Source: Chara braunii (Eukaryota; Plantae; Charophyceae). From it: DNA of 64,000 nucleotides. The stretch is from the NCBI GenBank assembly GCA_003427395.1, contig BFEA01000002.1, positions 2,192,647 through 2,256,646 on the forward strand, in the 5' to 3' direction. A program made the position numbers and the translations under genes. Below are positions 12,566 to 27,093 of this stretch, piece after piece. Numbering within the stretch: the stretch's first letter is position 1; each line of letters begins with the position of its first letter. The notes under the pieces are model-generated. The model was given only the letters and a program-made list of their open reading frames with translations, searched no databases and was not told the origin of the DNA.

Positions 12566-12961
12566 TCGTGGCATACTGAAATATCACTTTTCTGAAGAAT
12601 AAATGTTTGATTGATGAATAGATTATAGTAACATCAAAGTTTTTGACGTCGCTGATGGGCGTGACAAGGCATACTGATACCCAATTTTCTAAACAATAAT
12701 GTTCTTCCGACGCATACCCGGTCCATCATTACACTCCGTCATGGACGTGCGTGTGTTCGTTTTGGTTTGCTTTTTTTCTTTCCATACTGGCTTCATGTGT
12801 CGAGCTGTGACACCATCTGCCACCTCACGTACATGATCGGGTAATGACGTGCGCGATAACCTGAATCATGATGTGCATAATAATGATGAGTTGCTTTTTA
12901 TTTTCTTCTCGAAAAATAACCGACACTGTTTACGTATGATGATGCCACACACACACACGGG

Positions 12962-13037
<76 letters not shown>

Positions 13038-13113
13038 ACGGTTGCATCAAGGGNNNNNNNNNNNNNNNNNNNNNNNNNNNNNNNNNNNNNNNNNNNNNNN
13101 NNNNNNNNNNNNN

Positions 13114-13204
<91 letters not shown>

Positions 13205-13723
13205 ACGCTTGCATCGAGGGCGAATGGAGGGTCGGTGTCCAGATGAGGAGATTGCTATGACCTCTCTCTCACCGTGATGCTTTTATCGTCCATCGATTTT
13301 AATCCAACGGACATAGAAAGCAGAACTGAAACTGATCACAACAGCGTCTGTTAACAAGGCATCAGAGAGTGGGTACTGAGTAGCGACCCCTCCCTTTCCT
13401 TGGTTTTGACTTTTTCGTACCCAGCGAAAGCTTGGTACAATACAAAACTGTTAACCGACTATATTTATCCCTACAATACGTCACTATCGAGAGAACTGCG
13501 TGATGACATACTGTAGGCACAAAGGGAGAACCGGATGGAAAATGCGGGTAGTGTTGGACTGTTTCATTTTCCCGACTGACTCATCAGTAGGCTCGACTCT
13601 CAACTGTCCGTAGAACCCTGTATTTTGTTGCAAAAAATGGCCCGACATAGGTGGAAAATTAAAAAAGGATGAAAGGCGGAGGGCTGTGACAGAGTGTTTT
13701 GTCTAGCTTTTGCTGACTCAAGC

Positions 13724-14210
13724 TTAGGCGTTTTGGGTCCATAGTCGTTAGGATTTAGGGTTTAGGGTTTTAGGAAGGACTCGTGCTGGTGCTATGTTTG
13801 GGTGCCCTGCTATGGGGTACTGCTATTTACCACACTGTATAAGGTTTAGGGTTTTTAGGGGGAGTCGTGCTGGTGCTATGCTTTAGGCGTTAGCTCTTAA
13901 GCTTTTATGTTTGAGGGGAAGCCACACCGGTTTGTCCCTCTGGACTGAAGCGTAGGATTGATGGGCTTCCCCTAAACCCTTAACCCTGCAGCAAGCACCT
14001 GCGGGGCTCCTCCTAAACCCTGGACCGGAAAGCATAGCACTATTAGGCCTCCGTTTAACCCCTAAACCCTAAAGCGTAACACCAGTTAGGCTCACGCTAA
14101 ACCCTGAACCCTAATGCACAGCACCAGTTGGGCTCCCCTTAAACCCTGAACCCTGGAGCATATGATCAGTGGGGCTTCCCCTAAACCCATTGCCAACTGG
14201 TGCTATGCTT
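13724..14210. repeat. Interstitial telomere-like minisatellite in inverted arrangement
   Basis: TTTAGGG-containing units with gtgctggtgctatg spacers (13750-13890) face CCCTAAA-containing ~40-bp units with gcaccag-type spacers (13970-14190). Confidence 0.8.
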
Positions 14211-17044
14211 TATTTTGATCTGCATTCAATCTGTCTGGTGTGAGTATATACCCTATCCACTCTTGTACAAATTGCGTCCGAAATTCAGTATTCAATCTGT
14301 CTCGTGTGAGTATATGTCCTTGTCAACTCTTTCACACACAAATGGTTAACAGGTATCGACAAATTGAAATGTTGGTAAAATTTCATGAAAGTGCACTTTT
14401 GACTTGCTGTTTTATATGTTTTTAATTTTTTTTTTTTTTTTCGTTTTTTTTTTTTACAATATGTTAGTAAGAAGTGCACTCTACAGATTGGTGTAAAGTA
14501 TGGTTAAAATGACCCTTTGGTTTTCTTATTGGGGGGTCGGTTAACCTTCTCTCATTTGCCCCCAATAATTTGGACCCTTTCTGGACCCCCCCTTTTCCCG
14601 AAGGGCAGCTGTTCTCTTTTCTTTTTCCCCCTTTTTGTTTCTCGTTTTTTGTCGTTCTTCCCTTTTCTTGTGCTTGCAATTTGTGCCATTTCCGGATTGG
14701 TTTGTGCCCTTGTTTTGTGCAAGGGAGATGCTAGTGTTGTGATGTGACTCATTTTTGGATGGATGTCCAACTGGGATATTGCATAGGTTCTGAAACCATG
14801 ATTTTTTTATTTTTATGATTATATGATTTATAATTTATTATTTATTTTAGTTATTTTTCTAATTCAACCAAGCAGAGAGTGCGATGCACCAAGATTATAT
14901 ACCGTCCAAATAAGAGCAATACAATGAACTTGAATGTCATTGTCGCCACTCTCTGGTCACACCAACACTGTATCCGATGTCGCACTTACTGTCCGGTGCC
15001 CAGCTCCCAGCGCCCAGCCTATCCTACTCAGCCTATCTAACCTATCTACGTTCTCACAACTGGATCACTCTGAAGCTGAAGTCCAAGACCAATGTACGTG
15101 ACGTCAACACCAATGCCGATCACCAGCATACACCAAGTACGTTCTCTCTCCTCTCGTCATCACCTCTCGTCTCCCCACAGCATGCCCCTACTACCAGAAG
15201 ACCACCTTTGCCATCACCTGCCTTGTGCCCCCGCAGCAGCCCGGCTATGGCTGCTGTGCGCCCGCTGCCCTTGCAGCACCCCTCACCTCAGCGCCCGTGC
15301 CCGCATCCGACCAGCAGCGCCCATGCAGACACTTGTGCAGCAACGCAGCAGCGTGTCCGCATTGCCTGTCTAGGCCAGAATGCCCCTCCCTGGGCTGGCC
15401 TCTTTCCTTCATGGAAAGTGCAGCCCCTGTGTGTGTCTGCCTGGGCCTGGCTGGGGAAGTTTCCAGTAGCTTCTAGTCAGGCCTCAGTCTCTGCGCCCAG
15501 GCCCACCTCTGCAGTTAAGGGCCTGGGCCCTTTTCGGTTGGGCACATATAGGTAGCCTCCCAGGCTCCAATGGTTGCCGACATTCTCATTGGCTCGCGGA
15601 GATTGTGTGACGACAATGCTGCTTTCTCATTCGTCCGTGGCCACTGCGTGATGTGTCTGCCTCACGCTGCGGTGCCCAGGGCGCAACCACCCGGCCCTGG
15701 GCTCAACAGTACAGCGCAGTCCTTGTTTTCTGGAAAGAGCCTGGAGGCTCACGTTTCCCTGCAACCGACTGGCGTGCTGCAACTGTCTGTGTACCCACAT
15801 ATGGAAAATGTCGAAAATAGGCTTCTTGTGGATATTCAGGCCCGCCTTCACTGAGGGCGGGCACGGGGCTTGCTCGGGCCCACAGCCCAGAACACTTGCA
15901 TGTCTGTTAGGACCCCGTGAGGGCTCAGTCCTCGCACTAATATAAACAGGTCCTGTGGCCAAGGCTTTGACTACAAAACGGAACACAAAGATGATACTGG
16001 GGCCATTACCCTGCCCAAAGCCATGTTGTCTGTCAAGGATGCTCTCAGAAATATTCTATGTCGCAATTTAGCCAATTGATTGTCCACTGTCCAGATTGGA
16101 AGAAGGGAATGCAGAAAGGAAACAAAAGGAAATGATTGGAATTTGATTTTTTGGACTCGCACAGTTAAAAAAAAAAGTAAAAAACCAAAAGAAATAGCAG
16201 TTCAGGGCATGTGCTACCTAGATAGGATTATTTTTTATTTCGCGAATTGATTGTCGGTCGTTCAGAATTTCAGATCCGTCCCTCTTTTTTTTTCCTTTTT
16301 TTTTTTTTTCCTTTTTTTTTTTTTGACCCGTCATGTTGACAGCTGGTATTGGGTTTGGCTCAGGTGTGAGCTTATTGCAAAGCCCCCAGAATTTACACTG
16401 CATCACTTACCACAACAACTCCACACTTCATCCCACCAATCTCCAACCACGAGATGCAAATCAACACGAGATGAGAACACTTTAGCGGAAATTTCTTCGA
16501 AATTAAAAGTCTTATACGACAAGTTGCTTGGAGGCTCGAAGTCTTATAGAACAAGTTGTCTGTATGCACACACAGGTATGAAGCTGCGCCTCTCACTCTC
16601 TAAGCAACCCTCAGGCCTCAACCTCTCTCTAAACGTCTTCCTCTCTTGTCAGTGTCTGAACCATTGTATATCATCCTTGATCTGGGCCCTTGGATCGCTC
16701 CAGAAGGACCATACATCTTCTAGATATACTTTAAAACGATCAATATTTAAGAGGGGTGTATAGCACCCTGCGCCCTTGACTACTGGCTACGATGACTCTC
16801 AATTACACTTGATGCTTGGTACCACACCAGGGCTTTCGGCAGCCAGCTGGAATGGAAATTGGCATATTGCGTTGACTTAAAAAAAAAAAAAAAAATAAGC
16901 TATATTTTCTCTCAATCATACCTCACGCTATAAGCCTCATACTGGCTAGTACCTTCCTATGTCCAAGGGTCTACCTGCATTCATTTCTAGCTACTCGACA
17001 GCGTAGTATTCTAAGGGTTATGGGTCTTTGGGACACTTTCCTCC

Positions 17045-17312
17045 CAGTTTATCCAAGCCTATCTATCCCCTCAGGTTTGAGCCTATCCCCTTCAGGGCTG
17101 AACCTAACCCCTAGTGCGGATGGAAGGGAGCATAGCTTATCCCTACCAGGACCCACTAGGGGAGACGGGGGGAGGGGGGGCAACTGTCTCAGGTGGTGAA
17201 CCCAAAGTGCGGCCCAGCGGCCATGGGGAGCCGAATGGATGATGTGGGGAATAGAACCGACGACCTCCTGAATACCACTTACGTGCTCAACCAACTGAGC
17301 TAGGCCGCTGGC
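17045..17312 (-). mobile_element. tRNA-derived SINE (same head family as 27546-27905)
   Basis: Minus strand GCCAGCGGCCTAGCTCAGTTGGTTGAGCAC...GGTTCTATTCCC contains A and B boxes but no proper cloverleaf. The 3' boundary is approximate. Confidence 0.75.
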
Positions 17313-17337
17313 ATTGACTTCTTCTTTATTCTTGTTT

Positions 17338-17428
17338 ACCATTTATCGATTTATGTGTGCCATCCTTGTGCAGGGACCATGTCAATTTTCTCTGCATTGT
17401 CGTTAACTTTGACGGATGTCAGGAAGAC
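17338..17428 (-). pseudogene. U6 snRNA-derived copy with A-rich tail
   Basis: Minus strand GACATCCG...GCAGAGAAAATTGACATGGTCCCTGCACAAGGATGGCACACATAAATCGATAAATGGT matches plant U6 with substitutions. Confidence 0.85.
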
Positions 17429-17548
17429 GTTGACATTCCCAACTGTGGACTTTTCGGGTACTGGTACCCGCCTTTACTGGGCACCCCACTTATGTGCTCA
17501 AACAACTGAGCTAGGCCGCTGGCACTGACTGTTTCTTTTTTTTTTTTT

Positions 17549-17632
17549 ACCATTTCTCGATTTATGTGTGCCATCCTTGCACAGGGACCATGCTAATTTT
17601 GTCTACAGTGCCGGTAACTTCAACGGGTGTCC
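17549..17632 (-). pseudogene. U6 snRNA-derived copy with poly(A), followed by a truncated tRNA-like head (17490-17523)
   Basis: Minus strand ...AATTAGCATGGTCCCTGTGCAAGGATGGCACACATAAATCGAGAAATGGT-poly(A). Confidence 0.85.
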
Positions 17633-17833
17633 AGTAGTTTCTCTGACTTCTGTGGGACTGACCAGCCCACTGGGGCTGACTGGGCAATAGACAGGACTGA
17701 CTGGACTGATGGGCCCACTGGGTCCTACAGGGCCAATGGACTTAATCTAACTGGCCTATCTGGTTGATGGGTACTATGGGACATGGGACTGGTGCTGGGA
17801 CTCAGATACCGAGACGTATGAAGTCCTTTCATT

Positions 17834-18272
17834 GGGCCTCGCTCCACTACTCTCGACTCGTGAAAAAGTTGTGAGTGCTTCTAGAGCTGTCAGAGGTCTA
17901 GAACTTGTGAAAAGGAGGCATCGCTCCGCTTACTCCAGACTCAAGAACTATAGAAGCACTCAAGAATTCCTCAGGGCTACATGACAGCCCTTCTACAGCG
18001 CTAGATGACAGCGCCAGCTCGTTCTGATGGTCGGGGCAGGAGGCACACTCGTGAAAAAAAAAGGTCGGAGCGGGGTTAGGAGGGAAGACGCTAGAAAACG
18101 CAAGCGTTGCAGGCTGTGAACTCTATACAAATGGAGAGTGAGTGCCCTTCTTGAGCCATTTCTGACAGCTCTCTCTCGAAGGAAGAGTGTTGTCATGAGT
18201 TCCAGTCTAGAGTAAGTGGAGCGAGGCATTACTTTCGAAACTTCGAGAGTCTAGAGTAGTGGAGTGAGGCCC
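17834..18272. mobile_element. MITE (PIF/Harbinger-like, GGGCC termini)
   Basis: TIR GGGCCTCGCTCCACTACTCT / AGAGTAGTGGAGTGAGGCCC, flanked by ATT on both sides. Confidence 0.75.
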
Positions 18273-18407
18273 ATTTTCCTGCCCATACCGGTAGTGGAAC
18301 ATCAATGAACTTTTATTGGACTGCAATCAGGGCTGGTTGTGGAATTTATCTGACTGCATTTCCGTCCAAAGATCAGTCGAAAAAGTCCTAGTGTGAGTGT
18401 GCCCTCA

Positions 18408-18612
18408 GTGCATACTCACAATATACTTTTGGTGGTTTACGTGCCCTCAAGTACCAGCACGTTTGATTGAGAAAGTCCTGGCGGTCCTTTGGGGACGTCC
18501 ATTAAAATTGGAACGGTACAGAGAAGATTACCGTGGTGCCTGTGTACGGATGGCACACATAAAGCAAGAAATAGTCCTAAACAGAAAAAGGAAAAGTATT
18601 GCGAGTATGCCC
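18408..18612. mobile_element. MITE of the GGGCATACTCACA family containing the U6 copy
   Basis: Termini G(T)GCATACTCACAATA..CTTTT / AAAAGTATTGCGAGTATGCCC; flanks TCA / TCC. Confidence 0.65.
18484..18580 (+). pseudogene. Near full-length U6 snRNA-derived copy
   Basis: GTCCTTTGGGGACGTCCATTAAAATTGGAACGGTACAGAGAAGATTACCGTGG...GAAATAGTCC. The ACAGAGA box is intact, the AGC triad is mutated and there is no T-run terminator. Confidence 0.9.
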
Positions 18613-20414
18613 TCCGAAGTGCTTTTGTCTTTTTGCCTATTCTCCTTCTCCCCTGTCCCTTCGTGGGGAGCTACACCTGCTGGAAAGCGGGTCCAGCATC
18701 CGCTGAGGTACAATGATAAATCGGATGATCAGCACAAACTAGGAACCTGGCACGTGCTGGAAACCAGGTCCAGTGTCCCATTGAGTACCCCACACAGAGC
18801 TGAGCGGGCAAAATTGGCAGGGGTCTGCTGATACCCAGCTTAATTTGGTGGTCGCTGTTAAAAAAAAAAGGAATGTGCTCCGAAATGTATTAGTGGGGAG
18901 CAGATCTTAAATTTAGAAAATCAAGAAACTCATGTCAACGACTTTGTTCACTTCACGTCCAAGTCTACTGCAAAACTACAGGGCTGACAAGGTCTCATTT
19001 CCCCACTCACCAGAATGTGCATTTGTCTACCAGTGTCTACGAAGATTTTTGGTCAGAAGGATGAATCTGAGTGAGCAGACCTTAACTCCAATCTCATTGC
19101 TGCCTCCACATATGGTGGCTTTCACAGATCCTTCAAGTTGTTCTTTTTCTTTCTTTCTTTCTTTCTTTCTCTCAACAAGTGTGGTAATGGCACTATTCGA
19201 AACTGTAAAGGCAAAAAACAACAACACGAATGGGCGAAAAGAGTGGCCGCCGGACTCGAAAGGGCAATGGAAGTGCCACGTGCCGCCAATAGTAATTTTT
19301 CATTCGTTTTCTTTCCCCACCGGAGACCACAGCCGACCCCTGTAGTTATGACACCCGGCCTGGACCATGGCGCGCAGTGCTTTCATCGCCCTTTCGGGTT
19401 TGGCGGTTGCTTTTGCCCGTTCGTGTTTTTTTTGCCCTTTCAAACTTCTCTTGTGACTCAAACGGACTTACCTCTTCTTTCTTTCTTTCTTTTCTTTTTT
19501 TTACTTCTTTTTTTCGCAGCTGCTTGATCTGATCGAAGGCAGTGCTCGGCATAATTCAATGCCATTGTTGTCTGTGTGCTCAAAGCGGGCAGCAGCAACG
19601 GGCCCCCCTGTAATCCACGATAAGTTCTCTCCCCGTTTTGCACCCAAACCAAGGGCTTCTCTCCACCACTCATTGTTCGTTCGCCAAATTTTGCAGTGGT
19701 GAGTAGTGACAACTGGTGGAAAGAGGTTTTCACGGTGTGGTGGATGTGGTGTCCCCCTCACTCGCCGCTCATGTGTCCTACTTGTTGTGGACTTTGTCCT
19801 GTCTGGAGCAGGTGTTTGACACTCCAATAAAATCAAGGCGCGTTTCATGGAGGGTCATTTCAGGCCAAGAAAAAAAGGGTTTCCTCGGGCCTCCCTCAAC
19901 TTCTCACCAGATGCGCAAAAGACAAAAATTATGGCTGTGCATCTTTCCATGCTCTAGTGGACGATGCATTCTCATTTTGCACATTTGTTGAGTAGTGGAC
20001 CGAGGCCCCTTGGCAGCCACTTGACGCTGGACCCGTTTTCCAGCAGGTGCTGCTCCCCACCAATTGATGGGGCCGTTTGTTAAAAAAATAAAAATGAAAA
20101 TAATTCTGATTCTTTTCACCACAATCTCCTGTGGCGAGCAGTGGAATCATGCGGCATCCGCCAAACTTGGCGGCTGGCAAGTAATGGAAGGAGGTTTGGC
20201 AAGTAATGGAAGGAGGCCCCAGAGTGCCTACAGGCCCTTGTGAGATGGCATGTGCTTAGTAGGGCTGTGGTCAGACACGTCCATGGCTGGCTGGAATTAT
20301 GGTCCCAGGAAAGTCCTGGTGCGAGTATGCCCTGAATGTACTTGTTCTTTTTTTGTGTGTAGGTTCTTTAGATGAAGGCTTTTGTTTTAGGCAAATGGCA
20401 AAGCTGTCCACTCC

Positions 20415-20550
20415 TTTTGTCTATTGCTTCCGTCTCTGTCTTTTGGTCTATTGCTTCCGTCTCTTGTCTTTTTGTCTATTGCTTCCGTCCCTTGTCTTTT
20501 TGTCTATTGCTTCCGTCTCTTGTCTTTTGTCCATTGCTTCCGTCTCTTTT
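20415..20550. repeat. Minisatellite, ~5 copies of ~25-27 bp (ttttgtctattgcttccgtctct)
   Basis: Direct tandem copies without unique spacers. Confidence 0.9.
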
Positions 20551-20693
20551 TTCCCGTAGCCATGACCTGTACTCTGTAGACATCATCTTCTGGTTCCTCT
20601 TCTCTCCTTTTTTTTCTGTTTCAATTTGACCGGCAAATGACAGAATTGTCCCTGCTATGTTGTTTTTTTATGGAATGTCCATCCATCGAGCAG

Positions 20694-20814
20694 GTATTTC
20701 TTTGCGGAGATATCGATCGGCACTCCTCCACAAAATTTCTCGGTTATCGTCGACACAGGTAGCTCATTGACGTACGTGCCATGCGCATCGTGTGGTCACT
20801 GTGGAAATCATGTT
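20694..20814 (+). CDS. Aspartic protease exon 2 with the first catalytic DTG motif
   Basis: cag|G TAT TTC... translates to [40 protein letters not shown] and ends |gtaagt (phase 0). It is not in the ORF track because it is short. Confidence 0.95.
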
Positions 20815-21290
20815 GTAAGTGAACCTTTTCCTGCACCTGCCTCACCCTCTTCTCCCCTCCCCNNNNNNNNNNNNNNNNNNNNNNNNNNNNNNNNNNNNNN
20901 NNNNNNNNNNNNCACCCAACCCCCTCCCCCTCCTCCTTAGGCTTCGGTCGTTTGGTGCTGGCCCTTGCAGTTCTTGATATGTGTTTCTCCTTCGTTCGAA
21001 GAGAAGAACGTTTTTGTTAATATTCTGTGTGCCTCACCATTCTAAAACGAAAAAAATTAAAAGTAGAAAATCTGATAGGCAGCAAATTTGCGAGTTTTGA
21101 CCGCTTCGCCTCACACCACTCTCAAATGGTGAACTTGCAAAAGCTGGTTGGGGAAACACAGAACACCGCAGAGGATCCCCCAAGCGCTTGCTGGTCCCAA
21201 TCTCAAGCCTCTGACACCTCTCGTTCTTTTTTTTTTGGGTCAGGTTTTCGACAGGTGTTGCGACGATACCTCCACTTCTGAAAAGCCTCA

Positions 21291-21707
21291 GGGCATACCC
21301 ACACACGTGTAGCAAAACATCAAAACTTTTGTGGCGTTTGCTACTCCCTGTTTGCCATTTTGCTGTGTCGCGCAGTCACACAGGGGTAGCAAACTGGAAA
21401 AGACAATGCCTTGACCCCCTGCCATTTGCGAAATTGCCCACTTGTTGAGGGTCACGCAGCAAAAGTAGTCGAGGGATGCCTGCAATTCTCTTCTGTGAGC
21501 TCATGGATTCGGAAAAAAGAAAAATAAAAAAATAAAAATTGTCAACACCTCCAGAGGTAGTGGCAAATTGCTCAACTCTGCAGCTCTTTAGGCCACTGCC
21601 ATTTGCGACACCAATTGCAAATTTGATGGGCGGGTGGGCAAAGTGTGACTGCAAAACTGTAGCAAATTTGCGGCTTTGCCAAAAAAGCCTCTATTGTGAG
21701 TAGGCCC
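21291..21707. mobile_element. MITE, GGGCATAC[T/C]CACA TIR family
   Basis: TCA|GGGCATACCCACA...TGTGAGTAGGCCC|TCA, a 3-bp TSD. Confidence 0.8.
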
Positions 21708-22222
21708 TCATATCGGGAACGGTGTGGCGAGGACCTGTGTCATTCATTTTCTCTGGTTATTGTGGAGGTTACCAGTGAATGTCAACCTCTTCTCCCCCCC
21801 TCCACCCCGCCTTCCCCATCCTCAGCCTCTTTTGACCTTCTTATTCTTTTAGGGTATAGATAGATAGATAGATAGATAGATAGGTAGAAAGAAAACTTGA
21901 CCAGTACTTTTGGGTCTGAATCTTAGGGATAGTTTCTTTTTGATGCATCTAAGAAAGATCTTTGGTTGCATCTAAGAAAGTTCTTTGGATGCATCTAAGA
22001 AAGTCCAACAAACCTGCTGCCACACTTTGAACTTTTCTCCACCTATTAGGATAAGAAAGTATGAGGCACCCGAAGGGTCACGCACTCGGTGCTCAGGGTT
22101 TTTCATTAGACACATCTAGAAAGTCGTAGAAACTATAGGGCGCGTCCTTGAGAAATTTTGCGATTAGTTCGCCCTAAACCTGTTTTTTTGTACCACACAG
22201 TTGGTTGTTGTTGTTGTTGTTG

Positions 22223-24258
<2,036 letters not shown>

Positions 24259-24298
24259 GAAACTGCGTTTCTAAGATGAGTCAGAAGGTAGGTTGCCA

Positions 24299-25748
24299 TG
24301 TCCAGTTGATGTAGCTCAGTGGTTAGAGCACCGGTTGGAAATGCGCATTGTGGTATGAGGTTGCGGGTTCAAGACTCCGCAGCCTTGCGCATGGACACCG
24401 GCAGGGCGTTAGAATGACGCACGGCTGGACACACACTCCCCTGGGCTGATGCATGGTACTATTACAGACACTGCCTGCACACCACCCAAGGGGCTAAGTC
24501 CAGGGATGTTGTATGCTGCCGTAGACTTCACGCCAGTTGCCAGTTGTTGTTGGCTTTGGTCGCTGTGATGATCTCCCCCAGCCCAGACATTACAGACATT
24601 GTATCCACTTCCCGCGGAAGTACATGTGGTAGAACCCTCCAGTTTCATGCTGTAGGTCACAGGTTCGAGTCCGGTTCCGGACTTTGGGGGGAGTCCTGTC
24701 CAGATAGGGCTGTCTCTACCACACACACCCATATACAGAGATATCATCCCAGATAGCACAACCACGATACACAGTCTATCACATACTGTACACACATAGC
24801 TCAAGGTACACATACACACATGTACTAGTGGAGGTGGTAAGAGCACCTCTCACCAGTACTCAGTACTTACCTCGCAGATGCTCCATGGTGGGGAGCAGTG
24901 TCTGCTATGAAATCGGGTCCACATACACATTACGAACATACATATAGCCCATGGGCATATATCCAAGATACAGAGTACATACATATATACATACACAATC
25001 GTAGGGCTGGGAGGAGGTTATGATCAACTGATAATGATGATAGGCATTCGATGATAAGTATCCCTGAGTCGCTGGTTGGTCTGGATCAACTGATGATGAT
25101 GATAGGCGTTTCGATGACTAAGTACCCCCCGTAAAATCAGCTAGACTGTGTGTGGCAGACTAGGGCTGTGGTGGGCGAGTAGAGGGCATGAGTCACTGGT
25201 TGGTCTGGATTAACTGATGATGATAGAGGGCGTGAGTCGCTGGTTGGTCTGGATCAACTAATGATGATGATAGGCGTTTCGATGACTAAGTACCCCCCTT
25301 AAAATCAGCTAGACTGTGTGTAGCAGACTAGGGCTGTGGTGGGCGAGTAGAGGGCGTGAGTCACTGGTTGGTCCAGATTAAGTAGAGGGCGTGAGTTACC
25401 AGTTGGTCAACTTAGGGGCTAGTAGGAGATTGCTTGGGCCTGGCGTCCGAAGTTCCCGTGCGACGAGGCTCGGTCGATTCCGCTTCCACCACGGCTGGGT
25501 CATGGCTAGCTCTGGTGCCTGTCACTGCTGTTTGGTCCAAGTTCCCCTCGATAGGGGAATGGTCCTGAGTGCTGGTCACAGTGTGGTAGGATAGTAGAGG
25601 TAGGGGGTGCACTAGGAGTATTGACGTGAGGATGGAATTGGAAGGTAAGCCTCGTTCCCTCAGGACGACCATGGCTGACCACTCCTGGCGATCAATGTGT
25701 GCCTAGTAACCGGCCTCTACAACACCCTGGGCTTTAAAAAAAAAAAAT
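24299..25748 (+). mobile_element. Long tRNA-headed SINE (right arm)
   Basis: GTAGCTCAGTGGTTAGAGC (A box) and GGTTCAAGACTC (B box). A second B-box unit GGTTCGAGTCC at ~24662, internal tandem duplications at 25020-25400, and the end ggcctctacaacaccctgggcttt-poly(A). Confidence 0.75.
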
Positions 25749-27093
25749 GTAGGAGGAAAAAAAAGAGTTATGTTTCAGCCAATATGGCTCTACCACCTGT
25801 TGAATTTGCAGTTTGCAGCCCCTTGCCACTCCCAATAACTATGGGAAGGGGGCAAGAGAGACGATCAGGCTCTACTCCCTAGGAACTACAAACTCACCTT
25901 TCTTAATTGACTACCGGTAGGATTGACTCGTCAATACCCCTACGCCCCCCCCTCTGACTTCCTGGACCTCTTTCCTCCACATGGCCTGCCCCTAGTAGTA
26001 GAGCTACAAAGGTATGGAGGTGAATGACCTCGGAAGATTTATTATAATTATTATTATTATTATTATTATTATTATTTTTTTTTAATTTATTTACAGCAAC
26101 CCCCACCAGTCGGTGGGTAATGGTAACAGGAGGCCAGTGAGGTCAAGATTAATCTGGCGACCCAGTAAGGGTTGAAGAGGCCATCCTAAACCGCATTTTC
26201 TCAGTAGCCGGGGTGACTGGGGGGCAGTCAGTCAGTGGTCATTGCCTGAGCAGCACTCAATCATGTAATGGGATGCCGGACCTGGTTTCCAGTGGGGTGA
26301 AGCTCCCCACCAAAAGACAGGAGCCGTGGTGGGGGTGCTACCGGGGGATGCTCATACCACCCCCAACAGCACCTCAAAGGCTCAACCCCCTGCTTTCCAA
26401 AAAGAAAAAAAAAGAAAAAAAAAAGAAAAAGAAAAAAAAAAAGAGAGGTCCTACATTAGAGAAATGGCTGTGTTGCCCTAGGGATGTTTTCACTCTTTTG
26501 CTCTAGGACTTGTCATCAGGACACAGTGGAACGTCGCCAAACCTGATCTCTTGGAGCTTTCTAGATGCGTCTACCAGATGTGCTTAACTAGACCCTTGCC
26601 CCCCCCCCCCCCCCCCCCNNNNNNNNNNNNNNNNNNNNCCCCCCCCCCCCCCCCCCAGACTGAAGTCCCAGAGGGACATGGGTAAGATCCCCGAGAATCG
26701 TGTGAGGCAGGTGGGGGATGGTATTATAGATGGAGAAAGTGATTTACTGCGCCAGAGACGAGATGGTGGTCTCCTTCTTTTTCTTTTCTTTTGGAAAAAA
26801 AAAAAAAGAATCCTATGGTTCTGGCTCCTCGTCCATTCTGGGGAGCATCAGTGCGGTTCCTTTTCCACTGGCAGGTCATACGGATTAGGACAATGAGTAT
26901 ACACTCCAGTGCTTCTCCCCATTATGGTTGAGAGATCTGAGTGGGCGGCATTGATCATTTCCTTCTGGAAGGATGCACCTCCCAGTCCCGAATTTGAAGA
27001 GCTGCAGGACAGTGTCTAGAAGGAAAAAGAATGCAGACAAAATGGTAAAAATGTCACCTGACACAGTACCTTGCAGGATTAAATGGTGCCTCA

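Noticed and set aside
13750-14190. Telomere-telomere chromosome fusion scar
   Set aside because: Telomeric units come only in ones to threes with conserved non-telomeric spacers inside an intron. A fold-back minisatellite is the simpler explanation.
18484-18580. Functional U6 snRNA gene
   Set aside because: The AGC triad and internal stem-loop are mutated, there is no oligo-T terminator and no properly placed USE/TATA.
20415-20550. CRISPR-like array
   Set aside because: The repeats are contiguous with no unique spacers, there are no cas genes and the context is eukaryotic.
24299-24380. Functional tRNA genes (also 17240-17312 and 27546-27615)
   Set aside because: A/B boxes are present but the acceptor and anticodon stems do not pair properly, and each continues into a repeat body. 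They are SINE heads.
25085-25290. Hammerhead ribozyme from CTGATGA (also 12368-12392)
   Set aside because: At 25 kb the GAAAC is on the opposite strand and CTGATGA is part of a (GAT)n run. At 12368 stems I and III cannot be formed convincingly.
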